In this document: piece after piece, positions 30,057 through 39,960 of the stretch
How the letters are laid out: the number at the start of each line of letters is the position of its first letter
Numbering within the stretch: position 1 is the first letter of the stretch
From: Patescibacteria group bacterium UBA1388
GTDB taxonomy: Bacteria > Patescibacteriota > Microgenomatia > UBA1400 > PJMF01
Assembly: GCA_002305355.1 (NCBI GenBank)
Contig: DBQS01000023.1
Location: 4,189-68,188, forward strand
Length of the DNA stretch: 64,000 nt
Direction: 5' to 3'
Made by a program: the position numbers and the translations under genes
Notes under the pieces: model-generated
Database searches by the model: none
The model's input: only the letters and a program-made list of their open reading frames with translations
Told to the model about the DNA's origin: nothing

Positions 30057-31385
30057 TTACTCAGTTTCGATGCGCTTAATTTTAGCTCCCATGGAATTAA
30101 ATCGCTCAGCCAAAGCTTCGTATCCTCGATCAACATGTTCAATACCATCAATGATTGAGGTTCCTTGGGCAGTTAAGGCAGCAAGTACCAGTGTAGCACC
30201 CTGTCTTAAATCATGCACAGTGAATTTGCCCGCCTTGAGAGGAGATGGGCCAGTGATTTTAATGGCATGAGCGGCCTGAGGTAAGTCATCTGTAATGTTA
30301 AAGTTGTATACTTCCTCTGGATTGGATACTTGCGGACTAAATTTTTCAATCTTGGCCCCCATTTTTAGTAATTGATCAACATATTGAAAACGATCCTGCA
30401 TGATTGTCTCATGGACAATACTTTGTCCTTGGCACTGAGTGAGCACAGTTGCAAAAAGTGGTTGCCAATCTGTCATAAAGCCAGGCTCAATAGCAGTAGT
30501 AACCTGGGTGGCGGTCAAAGGTTGATGATAAAAGAACTTGATGCCATAGTCACCAATTTCATATCCGGCACCAATTTTATCTAATTGTGCAATAAAAGCT
30601 GTCAAATGATCAGGTCTGGCGTTTTCAATGACAATGCTACCCTTGGTGGTTAATGCAGCACAAGCATAGCTGACAGCTTCATTTCTGTCTGGAATTATTT
30701 GGTGAGTACTGCCGACCAATTTTTCGACACCTTCAATTGTAATCACCCGCTGAGTTGGTCGTGAAATCTTTGCACCCATTTTGTTGAGATATGCAATTAA
30801 ATCATCCACCTCAGGTTCAAGGGCAGCATTATTGAGTATTGTTTTACCACGTGCTCTGACTGCAGCCATAATGAGGGTTTCTGTTCCGGTATGAGTGTTT
30901 TTTTCAAATGTATATGTGGTTCCAGTGATTTGCTTGCAAGTCGCTTCAATGACGTTATCACGTTGTTTAATGTCGACTCCCATAGCACGTAAGCCATCAA
31001 AGTGTCGTTCTAAAGGTCTCACGCCAATTTTATCTCCTCCAGGAAGTGGCACGATCGCGCGGCCAAAGCGAAGTAGCAAAGCGGGAATGAACATTGTCGA
31101 AAACCTACCCTGTGAACCGTTAGTGTGCGACAAATCAAATTGCTCTAAGTGTTGAGGGTTGATTGCAACCGATCTTTCTCCAGGTCTAGAGACATCGGCT
31201 CCCATATGCGCAATGATGTGTTGGACGGCGCTGACGTCACTAATATTAGATAGATTAAGCAAGATAGACTCGCCTTCAGCCAGCAGTGACGCGATCATGA
31301 GTTTGTAGGATGCATTTTTTGCACCTCCAATTCTGACAGTGCCATGGAGAGGTGTGCCGCCGGTGACTTGATAAGCTTGACTCAT
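30057..31385 (-). CDS. murA: UDP-N-acetylglucosamine 1-carboxyvinyltransferase
   Basis: 442 aa. N-terminus MSQAYQVTGGTPLHGTVRIGGAKNA, an EPSP-synthase fold, and the conserved Cys/Asp loop region. Confidence 0.9.
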   Translation of the reverse strand: MSQAYQVTGGTPLHGTVRIGGAKNASYKLMIASLLAEGESILLNLSNISDVSAVQHIIAHMGADVSRPGERSVAINPQHLEQFDLSHTNGSQGRFSTMFIPALLLRFGRAIVPLPGGDKIGVRPLERHFDGLRAMGVDIKQRDNVIEATCKQITGTTYTFEKNTHTGTETLIMAAVRARGKTILNNAALEPEVDDLIAYLNKMGAKISRPTQRVITIEGVEKLVGSTHQIIPDRNEAVSYACAALTTKGSIVIENARPDHLTAFIAQLDKIGAGYEIGDYGIKFFYHQPLTATQVTTAIEPGFMTDWQPLFATVLTQCQGQSIVHETIMQDRFQYVDQLLKMGAKIEKFSPQVSNPEEVYNFNITDDLPQAAHAIKITGPSPLKAGKFTVHDLRQGATLVLAALTAQGTSIIDGIEHVDRGYEALAERFNSMGAKIKRIETE

Positions 31386-31413
31386 ATCTTGACTATAATT
31401 TAATAATCAGTTA

Positions 31414-32502
31414 TTAAACAGGCGCAACTATACCCCGCAGTTCTTGTTTGGTAAAGCCTAAAAAGAATATTTCTGGTTTGAGGAAAAGTTGACTCTGCTG
31501 TAAAGCAGCTTGTTGGACATGCCTGATGACTGCTAGATAGTCAGCTGCTGTGGCATGACCTAGGTTGACGATAAATGCCGCATGTAAGGGAGAGATAATG
31601 GCATCACCAATTTGAAAACCCTTAAGATTGAGAACCTTGTCGATGAAATATCCCACGCTTGAAGTTGGCAACTGTAACCGTTCTTGATCTGTGGGGTGAA
31701 GGTTTTGAAAAACACAACCTAGCGATTTTTGAGGTTGGTTAGCCTTAGATTTGGCCCAATTTAATGCCACTTGTTGTAAGAGCTGAGGTTCGAGTTTATA
31801 GAGAAGAAAATTTGCCGCCAAAATAACCTCATTGCTAGTGTGGAAGCGAGAAAGGTCATAATCCATGTCCAGTTTTGTGATGGGAACTGCTTCGATCTCA
31901 CCAGCCTGATTGAGAATTTCAACTGAGTAAAGTACTTCACTCAAAAAATGTTTTCCGCCATGGATATTGTTATAAATTGCACCACCAATTGTAGCTGGAA
32001 TCTTTGCGAACCATTCTAAACCACCAATACCCTGACTACAGAGTTGATTGATCGCAACTGGCAACGGGGTGCCAGCAGAAATCTTAACTAAACATCGCTC
32101 GGCATGGGCGGCTTTTTGTTCTACTTTTGCCATTAAAGCTGCTGTTGGGTGCTGGTCATCGATTTCCCATCGAGGAATTAATTTTGGAGGTTGCCTATTA
32201 TTTTGCAGTTGATCTAACTCCTGATCCGGTTGAATCGTAATTTCGGTAGCTGCATTTTTAATAACCAAGCCTCGCAAACCCCGATCGGCGATCAAGGTGT
32301 TTGCTCCCCATCCTAATAGGTAGTAACGAAGCTGTCGTTGATGACAATATTGAAGGAGTTTTATTAAATGTGCTTGATTTTTAACTTCAGCAAACACTTC
32401 AGCGGGTCCACCAATTTTGACTTGAGTGTACTTGGCAAGAAGTACTTCCTGACTAAATTTAAGAGTTGGTAGTGAGGTGGTGAGCTGGTCAAAAAGTGGC
32501 AT
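31414..32502 (-). CDS. murB: UDP-N-acetylenolpyruvoylglucosamine reductase (FAD-dependent)
   Basis: 362 aa. FAD-binding region KIGGPAEVF...LLGWGANTL and a C-terminal MurB domain. Confidence 0.85.
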   Translation of the reverse strand: MPLFDQLTTSLPTLKFSQEVLLAKYTQVKIGGPAEVFAEVKNQAHLIKLLQYCHQRQLRYYLLGWGANTLIADRGLRGLVIKNAATEITIQPDQELDQLQNNRQPPKLIPRWEIDDQHPTAALMAKVEQKAAHAERCLVKISAGTPLPVAINQLCSQGIGGLEWFAKIPATIGGAIYNNIHGGKHFLSEVLYSVEILNQAGEIEAVPITKLDMDYDLSRFHTSNEVILAANFLLYKLEPQLLQQVALNWAKSKANQPQKSLGCVFQNLHPTDQERLQLPTSSVGYFIDKVLNLKGFQIGDAIISPLHAAFIVNLGHATAADYLAVIRHVQQAALQQSQLFLKPEIFFLGFTKQELRGIVAPV

Positions 32503-32586
32503 CTAACAAATTCTATAAATGTCGATATTATGCATTATAACTGGAATTAGATAATAAGTTCAGGGATAAATTATTTCAACATGACC

Positions 32587-33993
32587 TCAAATAATGTCAT
32601 GCACTTGGTAAATATCGCCTGCTCCTAAAGTAATGAGTAGGTCATCGGCGCTCAGTGTCGACTGACAATAAGTGGCTAAATTACTGATGGAATGCAAGTT
32701 GCTAACCTGAAGCTGAGAATTGTGTTGCTGAATTGCTTTGACTAAGTGATCACTTGTTATCTCTCCATGATTGTTTTCACGAGCAGAGGCAAAAATATCC
32801 AATAATACCAGTTCGGGTGCTCGAGCGAGGGTGATTACAAATTGATTAAACAGTTCTTTGGTTCTAGAAAAAGTGTGAGGTTGAAATGCTACTACCACTC
32901 TCTTATCTGCAAATGACTCCTTAAGTGCCGCCAATACAGCGGCAATTTCCATGGGATGATGTGCATAGTCATCATAAAAAAGCACGCCATTTTTTTCACC
33001 TTTGAACTCAAATCTTCTGGTAGTGGAGCGAAAATTTGCTAAGCTCGCAATCGCACGGGCGGGGTCAATGCCAACTTGCAAGGTAGCTAATACGGCCGCG
33101 GCCGCATTTTCTAAATTATATTTGCCGGGAATTGTGAGTGAGACAGGATATGACTGATTGTTAATGGTGATTGTGCCGACAGCTTGCCGATGGGATTGAT
33201 GCTCGTTTAAACCCACGACAGCTTGACAAGTTGGCAGCGAACCATAAGTTAGCAGTTTTTCTGCAGAGTGATCTAGACCCAACATCGCTGCAGACTGGTG
33301 CATAATCAAGGTACCACCTGGTTTAATTTGTTGAAAAAATTCCGAAAAAATTTGATGGGTGTGTTTTTCATCATGGTACACATCAGGGTGATCAAACATT
33401 ATTTGTGAACAGACAGTTACTTGGGGTTTAAGATATGAAAAACGGGGAATTAACTTCTGACCATGTTTGATCTGTGAGGGATTGACTGCATATTCATCGG
33501 CTTCAGCTACCATCCACCGACTTTCTGGTCTCCATTGTGCCGCGCGAGATAGACCAATTATTTCTCCCACTCCCACGGCGTAGGAGGGATGAAAATGATT
33601 TTTTTCTAAAATCCAGGTTATCATGGCTGAGATTGTAGATTTGCCACCCACGCCACAAACCGCAATGCCTTGTTTTTGATTAAAAAATTCTCCTAAAGCT
33701 GCTGCATGTGAATAAACTGGTAAATTTTTAGATTTAGCTTCTTCAACTTGAAATTGTGTTTCTCCACCGTGAGCCGCAGTATAAATTATGCAATCAATCT
33801 TCGCGGGTAGCGGGTCAGTAAGTTTATGTAGTTCAATGTCAAGTCGGTCAAGTTGACGCTGGGTGACAAATTCTGCTTTGACATCACTGCCTTGCACTGA
33901 TTTTCCTGCATCAACTAGCAACTGTGCCATGGAAGTCATGGCGACACCTTTAATGCCAACTAAGAAAAATGAATGGTAATCAAGAAGACTCAT
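32587..33993 (-). CDS. murC: UDP-N-acetylmuramate--L-alanine ligase
   Basis: 468 aa. N-terminal Rossmann GIKGVAMTSMAQLL...GSDV (the MurC GSD motif) and P-loop GVGGKSTISAMI. Confidence 0.8.
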   Translation of the reverse strand: MSLLDYHSFFLVGIKGVAMTSMAQLLVDAGKSVQGSDVKAEFVTQRQLDRLDIELHKLTDPLPAKIDCIIYTAAHGGETQFQVEEAKSKNLPVYSHAAALGEFFNQKQGIAVCGVGGKSTISAMITWILEKNHFHPSYAVGVGEIIGLSRAAQWRPESRWMVAEADEYAVNPSQIKHGQKLIPRFSYLKPQVTVCSQIMFDHPDVYHDEKHTHQIFSEFFQQIKPGGTLIMHQSAAMLGLDHSAEKLLTYGSLPTCQAVVGLNEHQSHRQAVGTITINNQSYPVSLTIPGKYNLENAAAAVLATLQVGIDPARAIASLANFRSTTRRFEFKGEKNGVLFYDDYAHHPMEIAAVLAALKESFADKRVVVAFQPHTFSRTKELFNQFVITLARAPELVLLDIFASARENNHGEITSDHLVKAIQQHNSQLQVSNLHSISNLATYCQSTLSADDLLITLGAGDIYQVHDII

Positions 33994-34973
33994 AATAAAT
34001 CTTTAAATACCTTTCTGAGTTTAGCCTGACTGTGTCTTAACAGCGAGCGGTGTGCTGTATCTGTATTTATGGCATGATGGACTGTTAAGTCTAACAACTG
34101 AGTCCGCAGGACTCGCCGATCATTTTCCAGATCATCAACGACTGGAAACTCATGTTCTTGAGCATATACTTTCAATATGTCATTAGGAATTGGTTGATTA
34201 TTAAGCAAGATGAGTGAGACGCGCCTACCGATTGCACGCTCGATGCCGATTACGTGATCACGGGCGGTCATGTCTCTTGTTTGAGTGTTGCGGGTCATTA
34301 AATTAACGGCATAAATAATTATCGCATTACTGGTTGACAAAAGATGTTTTAGTCCTGGGGTCACTAATGCCGCCATCAAACTTGCATAATAATCTCCAGG
34401 ACCGATCATAATTAAATCGGCCGCCTGCAAAGCTTTTTGGGCAGCTGAACTGAGCTTGCAATTCGGAGTAAGTGATACGTGGTCAATCTTTGGTGTGGTG
34501 ACAAGATTCGTATCAAGGATATGTTCTCCAACTCGAGTCGTGCCATCTTGGTATGCAATTTTTAAGTGGACTGGTGTTTCTGTGACAGGAATTACTTGAC
34601 CATCCAGATGAAAAATTTGCTGTGCAATTTTGAGTGCCTGACCGGTACTATCAGTCATGTCTTGGAGAGCAGTTAAAATTAAATTGCCCAAGTTGTGTCC
34701 TTTTAATCCTTCACCATGTTGAAAACGATATAATAAAAGTTTTCTGATCCAAGCTTGATTGCCCTCTTGTGCCAGGGCAGCGAGCGATTGACGTAGATCT
34801 CCAACAGGAGGAAATCCAAATTCATCTCTAATCCGCCCGGTAGAACCGCCAGAATCTGATGTTGCAACCACAGCCGAGATAGCGCATGGCAAATCTTTTA
34901 AAGCGGATACAACCGGATAAATACCAGTTCCCCCACCAATAACAACAATTTTTTTCTTGGTCATGATATGCAA
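33990..34973 (-). CDS. yvcK: UPF0052 / YvcK-CofD-like protein (gluconeogenesis-factor family; binds UDP-sugar)
   Basis: 327 aa. KIVVIGGGTGIYPVVSALK...VVATSDSGGSTGRIRDEFGFPPVGDLRQSLAAL matches the YvcK/CofD family signature. Confidence 0.8.
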   Translation of the reverse strand: MHIMTKKKIVVIGGGTGIYPVVSALKDLPCAISAVVATSDSGGSTGRIRDEFGFPPVGDLRQSLAALAQEGNQAWIRKLLLYRFQHGEGLKGHNLGNLILTALQDMTDSTGQALKIAQQIFHLDGQVIPVTETPVHLKIAYQDGTTRVGEHILDTNLVTTPKIDHVSLTPNCKLSSAAQKALQAADLIMIGPGDYYASLMAALVTPGLKHLLSTSNAIIIYAVNLMTRNTQTRDMTARDHVIGIERAIGRRVSLILLNNQPIPNDILKVYAQEHEFPVVDDLENDRRVLRTQLLDLTVHHAINTDTAHRSLLRHSQAKLRKVFKDLL

Positions 34974-34999
34974 TCTACTTAATTTCTTAATTGTCTACT

Positions 35000-36238
35000 T
35001 TATTTCCGAACTGGCAACGACTTGATAATTTCTTGAATGGCGTCTTGATCGCTCCATGGATACTCAGTATTACCGAAGCACATGCTTTTTTCATGACCTT
35101 TGCCGAGTACGATGACTGTATCTTGATTGGATGAAGCGAGGGTCTGAATTGCAAATTGTATGGCTTGTTTGCGATCAATAATGGTGGTGATCTTGCGATG
35201 ATGTTCAGTTAAACCTTCTTTCATTTGTCTAATAATTGACCACACATCTTCCGTACGAGGATCTTCTGCAGTGAACACCACTTGATCTGCAGCATGAGCA
35301 GCTACCCGTCCCATTTCAGGTCGTTTTTTAAAGTCGCGTTTTCCAGCTGCTCCTAAGACAGCGATTAATTTGCCACGCGGATAATTTTTGCGAACTGCAC
35401 TGAGAGCTTCATCGACAGCACGAGGAGTGTGAGCAAAATCAACAATCACTCGACAAGGATGAGTGGCAACTACTTCCATTCTTCCTGGAAGATGAGGAAA
35501 AGTTTTGATAGCTTTAACAATGTCTTCACCTGAGATTTCGACCAGCTGTGCCATTCGATAAGCAAGTCTGGCATTCATCTGATTATATGTTTCCGGAAAT
35601 CTTAATTTTATGACTTGGGAAACTTTTTTTGGTAATTCATTTTCCACGCTGTAACTCGCAAACGAGTGTCCTTTAGCTTGTCTGCGAATTTCTGCGTAGG
35701 AGTAGTCATCCTTATTAACGATGGCTTGTTTGGCAGATTTCAAGACTAATAGCTTTGCTTTTACGTATTCGTTATACGTCACATGGTAATCGAGGTGTTC
35801 ACGGGAAATATTGGTTAATCCTGCGACAGTGGGAAAAATACCCCAGTTACGAAATTGATAAGCGCCATGTGAAGTCACCTCCAACACTAAATGTGAATAT
35901 TTTTGGTCAACAAGTTGCCTCATAAATCGATAAAGGTCTTGGGGAGGAGGAGAAGTAACATGAAACCCAGTATCAGATTGTTGATCGCCCATGTATGCTG
36001 CGACCGTACTCACCAAACCAACCTGTTTTTTTGATTGTTTCAAAATGTGATAAAGCAAGGTGGCAGTGGTGGTTTTACCATCAGTACCGGTCACAACTAG
36101 AATTTGCAGTTTGCGTTGGGGAAATCGGTACCTAATCATTGCTGGCAAAGCTTGCATGATGCCCGTTTTGAATAAGTGGTACGGACGCTTAAGCCAATAG
36201 ACAAATAGTTTTATCTGCACAAGCTCATTATAAAGCAT
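35000..36238 (-). CDS. murE: Mur ligase, most like UDP-MurNAc-L-Ala-D-Glu:diamino-acid ligase MurE, with a short N-terminal domain
   Basis: 412 aa. P-loop VVTGTDGKTTTATLL, then EVTSHGAYQFRNWGIFPTVAGLTNISREHLDYH (the MurE-type TNLxxDHLDYH motif), and a C-terminal GKGHE-like region. Sits at the dcw position after ftsI. Confidence 0.7.
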   Translation of the reverse strand: MLYNELVQIKLFVYWLKRPYHLFKTGIMQALPAMIRYRFPQRKLQILVVTGTDGKTTTATLLYHILKQSKKQVGLVSTVAAYMGDQQSDTGFHVTSPPPQDLYRFMRQLVDQKYSHLVLEVTSHGAYQFRNWGIFPTVAGLTNISREHLDYHVTYNEYVKAKLLVLKSAKQAIVNKDDYSYAEIRRQAKGHSFASYSVENELPKKVSQVIKLRFPETYNQMNARLAYRMAQLVEISGEDIVKAIKTFPHLPGRMEVVATHPCRVIVDFAHTPRAVDEALSAVRKNYPRGKLIAVLGAAGKRDFKKRPEMGRVAAHAADQVVFTAEDPRTEDVWSIIRQMKEGLTEHHRKITTIIDRKQAIQFAIQTLASSNQDTVIVLGKGHEKSMCFGNTEYPWSDQDAIQEIIKSLPVRK

Positions 36239-36320
36239 GGTTGCGAGTTGTGTGGCGAAGTAGTTGAAATCGGATTTGCGAAGTATTTAATCAAGATGAA
36301 ATATTAGTCGAAGAAAAATT

Positions 36321-38126
36321 TTAAAATTGTGGGTTGACGTCGGCTGTCGGTGAATCGGGTGGGATATTCATCATTAAAAATAGATCATGTGCAATTTGAT
36401 ACCAGAGGGGGGCGGCCGTTTCGGCCGCCCAAGGAGAAGATTTTGGTTCAACGAGTTTCACCAACATTACAAACTTAGGTTCATTTATCGGTGCAAAACC
36501 AATAAAGCTGGCAATTGTTTTTTCTTCGTCATAACTACCACCAGTGGCAATTTGTGATGTGCCCGTCTTTCCAGCAATCCGATGTGATTTTGAAGCGATC
36601 CATTGCGCCTCCCCGTGTTCGGCAGCTGCAACCATCATTTCACTAACTTGATCGGCAGTATGTTTGGAAATGACTTGTCTTTCAAAAATGGGTGGGCTTT
36701 CCACCCATTCACCAGCAGAGTTGCTCACAGCCTTGACAATGCGCGGTCTCATCATTTGACCATCATTGGCGATAGTTGCCACCGCGCGCACTAATTGCAA
36801 ACTGGTCGTAGAAATACCCTGTCCAAAAGAGATGGTTGCTAATTCTACTGGTCCCCACTTGTCAGGGAAAGGAGTGGCGAGATCTCCTTGGAGATCAATA
36901 TGAAGAGCTTCTCCGATACCGAAATTTTGCACGTATTGACGGAAGTTTTCTGCTCCAATTTGTTCTGCTGCAAAAATCATGGCAGTATTGTCAGATTTTG
37001 CAAGTGCTTCCGTCATTGTAATATTGGGATGATAAACATCATTCCAAGTGCGGATCGTGTACTTCCCAAAAATTCTCGGTCCGCTACAACGCGAACAAAC
37101 TGTATCAGGGGATATTACGCCAGTATCAATTCCGCTGGCAACCGTTAATAATTTAAAAGTTGAACCAGGCTCATAGACTGAAGTCAAACTTGGGTTGGCG
37201 TAAGTGCTGGGTGGATAGTCAAAAAATGACTGCTGATTGAATTTTGGTTCGACTGCCAATGCCAGCAAATCACCGTTGGCGGGGTCTAAGATGACAACTT
37301 CACCAGCTTTGGCTGCATATTTTTCCATTCCTCGAATTAAAGCGGTTTCGGCTAAATGCTGAATATCGCGTCTGATGGTGGTGGTTACATCCCGCCCATT
37401 GAGGGACATTTGGTTGGCATTATCTGCTGTGTTCAACTGGTTGCCATGAGCGTCCGCTAAAATTGATTTTTCTTGAAATCTGGCTTTTAATTCTTGTTCA
37501 AGCGCGCCTTCAATGCCAAAGTAACCCACGTCGGATCCTGCTTCATCTTTACCAACAAAACCTGTCAAGTGAGCAGCCATTGATGCTTCAGGATAGGCTC
37601 TTACTTCATAAGCATCAAATCCAATGCCAGCAAAATGTTGATTGGCAATTTCATTTTTTGTAGATTCACTAATTTGAGTCACAAGCGATGTCCAACTGCT
37701 TTCCTGATTGCTGAGTTTAGTGATCAATTCTTCGGTTAAAGTTGTTTCCAAGTCCAATTTTTCAGCTGAAGTAGAAGCTGTTTGATAAGTTTTGTTTTCT
37801 TTCAACAGTATAGGCACTAAAGTATGAGCAATCTGCTGAGGATCTTCCGAAATAACTTTCGGTTGAGCGAATAAGCGATATACTTCCTGGTTAGTGACCA
37901 GTGCCGCACCATCTGCAGCAAGAATTTGGCCTCGACTACCAGTTTCAATAAATGACCGGAGGTATTGATTATCAGCTGTCAATTTGAGTTCAGAACTCAT
38001 TACAATCTGCCAAAAAAAAAGTCTGCCAAAAACAATTAGGAAACCAATACAAATACTTAAAAACACCAATCTCACTCTGGATTGAGTCAAATTTGTTTGT
38101 GCATGTTGTTGATGATGACGACGCAT
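36321..38126 (-). CDS. ftsI: Class B penicillin-binding protein / septal transpeptidase (FtsI/PBP2-like)
   Basis: 601 aa. N-terminal TM, dimerisation domain, and a transpeptidase domain with STFK (active-site Ser), SDN and KTGT motifs. Confidence 0.88.
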   Translation of the reverse strand: MRRHHQQHAQTNLTQSRVRLVFLSICIGFLIVFGRLFFWQIVMSSELKLTADNQYLRSFIETGSRGQILAADGAALVTNQEVYRLFAQPKVISEDPQQIAHTLVPILLKENKTYQTASTSAEKLDLETTLTEELITKLSNQESSWTSLVTQISESTKNEIANQHFAGIGFDAYEVRAYPEASMAAHLTGFVGKDEAGSDVGYFGIEGALEQELKARFQEKSILADAHGNQLNTADNANQMSLNGRDVTTTIRRDIQHLAETALIRGMEKYAAKAGEVVILDPANGDLLALAVEPKFNQQSFFDYPPSTYANPSLTSVYEPGSTFKLLTVASGIDTGVISPDTVCSRCSGPRIFGKYTIRTWNDVYHPNITMTEALAKSDNTAMIFAAEQIGAENFRQYVQNFGIGEALHIDLQGDLATPFPDKWGPVELATISFGQGISTTSLQLVRAVATIANDGQMMRPRIVKAVSNSAGEWVESPPIFERQVISKHTADQVSEMMVAAAEHGEAQWIASKSHRIAGKTGTSQIATGGSYDEEKTIASFIGFAPINEPKFVMLVKLVEPKSSPWAAETAAPLWYQIAHDLFLMMNIPPDSPTADVNPQF

Positions 38127-38167
38127 GAATTACTAAGTTCTGAAAATTATAAGTTTACAGCTCTCAT

Positions 38168-38458
38168 CTAAATACCACTGGCAACCAGTTGTTTGGGTGG
38201 GCTGACCACAATCGGTGTGCTGATTGCCAAGAATTCGCGTTGATCAAGATTTTGACTGATATCGGTCAAAGCAGCTTTTTCAGCAAGCTGCTGAGTGATA
38301 AGTTGTTTTTGAGATTGCAAAATATGGTGTTGACTTTGTAAGTTAGCAATCTGATGACCGTGATGAATGTTACTACTATGTTCAAATAATGTTACACCAA
38401 CTTTTACACCCAAGACCAGCGTGACTAATAGATAGAAAATAATAATTTTATGATTCAT
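38168..38458 (-). CDS. ftsL: Small bitopic protein at the ftsL position (FtsL / septum-formation-initiator-like)
   Basis: 96 aa. N-terminal TM followed by a coiled-coil-like Q/L-rich segment. Lies between rsmH and ftsI as in canonical dcw clusters. Confidence 0.5.
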   Translation of the reverse strand: MNHKIIIFYLLVTLVLGVKVGVTLFEHSSNIHHGHQIANLQSQHHILQSQKQLITQQLAEKAALTDISQNLDQREFLAISTPIVVSPPKQLVASGI

Positions 38459-39353
38459 TTACTTGCTTTCTAAACACTCTCAACTTCGCGCTCCGTGCTC
38501 TAGGATTTTTCGATAACTCTTGTTTTGAAGGAGTGATTGGTTTTTTCGTTTCAATTTCTCCATTCTGATGTTTTTGCCAGTTACGAAATGCTGTTTTAAC
38601 CAGCCTGTCCTCACCCTCATGAAAAGCAATGCTAATAATTACTCCTCCAGGTTCTAGCACTGCTAAGGATTGCGGTAACGCACGCGATATTTCGTCAAGT
38701 TCACTGTTTACTGCTATCCGTAAAGCTTGAAAAACTTTGGTAGCGGGATGAAGTTTGTGCGAATGTTGGCGTTTAACAGCGATAATTAAATCAGCGAGAT
38801 CAGTAGTCGTTTTGATGGGTTTCGGGCTGAGCTTAATCGCTTTCGCGATTTGTCTAGATTCGCTTTCCCCACCGTATTGATAAAACAACTCAGCCAGTTG
38901 TTTTTCTGGAACTGCGGCGAGCAAATCCATGGCTTTAACTCCCAATCGTTGATCCATTCTCATATCCAAGGGGCCTGGGTGATTAAAACTAAATCCTCGT
39001 TCACCAGAAGTTAACTGATCACTTGAAGTGCCAAAATCAAATAACACGCCCGCAAATGGTGCGAGCCGGCCCTTTTTAATCAGCTTTGCGGTGACGTCAG
39101 TGATGGATGCAAAATTGGCGTGCTTTAAAATCAAGCGTCTGGTTGCAATTGCAGAGTGAAAATGACTTTCGCCATATTGAATTGCTTCAATATCCCAATC
39201 TAAGGCAACCACCTGACCATGCTTTTCTAAAATAGCTGAGGTATGCCCTCCTCTTCCAAAAGTAGCATCAAGATACCAACTGTTTGGTTTGACATTTAAA
39301 TAATTTAAAGTTTCCTCAAGCATGACTGGTTGATGATCAGCGGTGGCGTTCAT
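38448..39353 (-). CDS. rsmH: 16S rRNA (cytosine1402-N4)-methyltransferase RsmH/MraW
   Basis: 301 aa. LDATFGRGGHTSAILEK (SAM motif) and dcw context. Confidence 0.88.
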   Translation of the reverse strand: MNATADHQPVMLEETLNYLNVKPNSWYLDATFGRGGHTSAILEKHGQVVALDWDIEAIQYGESHFHSAIATRRLILKHANFASITDVTAKLIKKGRLAPFAGVLFDFGTSSDQLTSGERGFSFNHPGPLDMRMDQRLGVKAMDLLAAVPEKQLAELFYQYGGESESRQIAKAIKLSPKPIKTTTDLADLIIAVKRQHSHKLHPATKVFQALRIAVNSELDEISRALPQSLAVLEPGGVIISIAFHEGEDRLVKTAFRNWQKHQNGEIETKKPITPSKQELSKNPRARSAKLRVFRKQVNES

Positions 39354-39787
39354 ATACTTTGTCCTAAGACTTCATCTGTGGGTGCTTGCAGAGCATCATA
39401 GTATTGGTGGTACTCATTTTGGTTCCAAATTTCAATGTGATGGGCGTTGCCCACAATCACAATTTCTTTTTGTAAGTGTGCCAGTTTGATCAAATACTCA
39501 GGCAGTTGTATTCGACCCACTTTGTCTGGTTTAACTTCCTGCGCCGTGCTTGCCACAAACCTTAAAAAGTCGCGTTGTTTTTTGAGTGTGAATGTGCGCT
39601 CAGACACTTGTCCGAGCTCCTCTGCAAAGCGTTCTTTGCTCATTAGTAACAACCCGCCGTCAATGCCTCGAGTTACAACCCAAGTCGTATCTTGTTGGCG
39701 AAATTGTTTGGGCAGTGAGAAGCGGCCATTGTTTTCTAAAGTGTGATAATATGTACCAAGAAACATTAATATAAGATTCTTTCCCAT
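39350..39787 (-). CDS. mraZ: Transcriptional regulator MraZ
   Basis: 145 aa. MFLGTYYHTLENNGRFSLPKQFR is the MraZ duplicated-domain signature. It is the first gene of the dcw operon. Confidence 0.85.
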   Translation of the reverse strand: MGKNLILMFLGTYYHTLENNGRFSLPKQFRQQDTTWVVTRGIDGGLLLMSKERFAEELGQVSERTFTLKKQRDFLRFVASTAQEVKPDKVGRIQLPEYLIKLAHLQKEIVIVGNAHHIEIWNQNEYHQYYDALQAPTDEVLGQSI

Positions 39788-39960
39788 CTACCTCCATAAC
39801 AAGCCCAAGTATGACAAACCCAGATTCAAATGTAAAGACAGACATTACCCGAAACATGACCAGCTCAGTGTAATCTAAACACTAAGTGCTAAGTAAATCC
39901 GAGACCGATAGAAATGAGGAAGTTACATCCTTCCTTCCATAGAAGCGGGTGTGAAGATAG

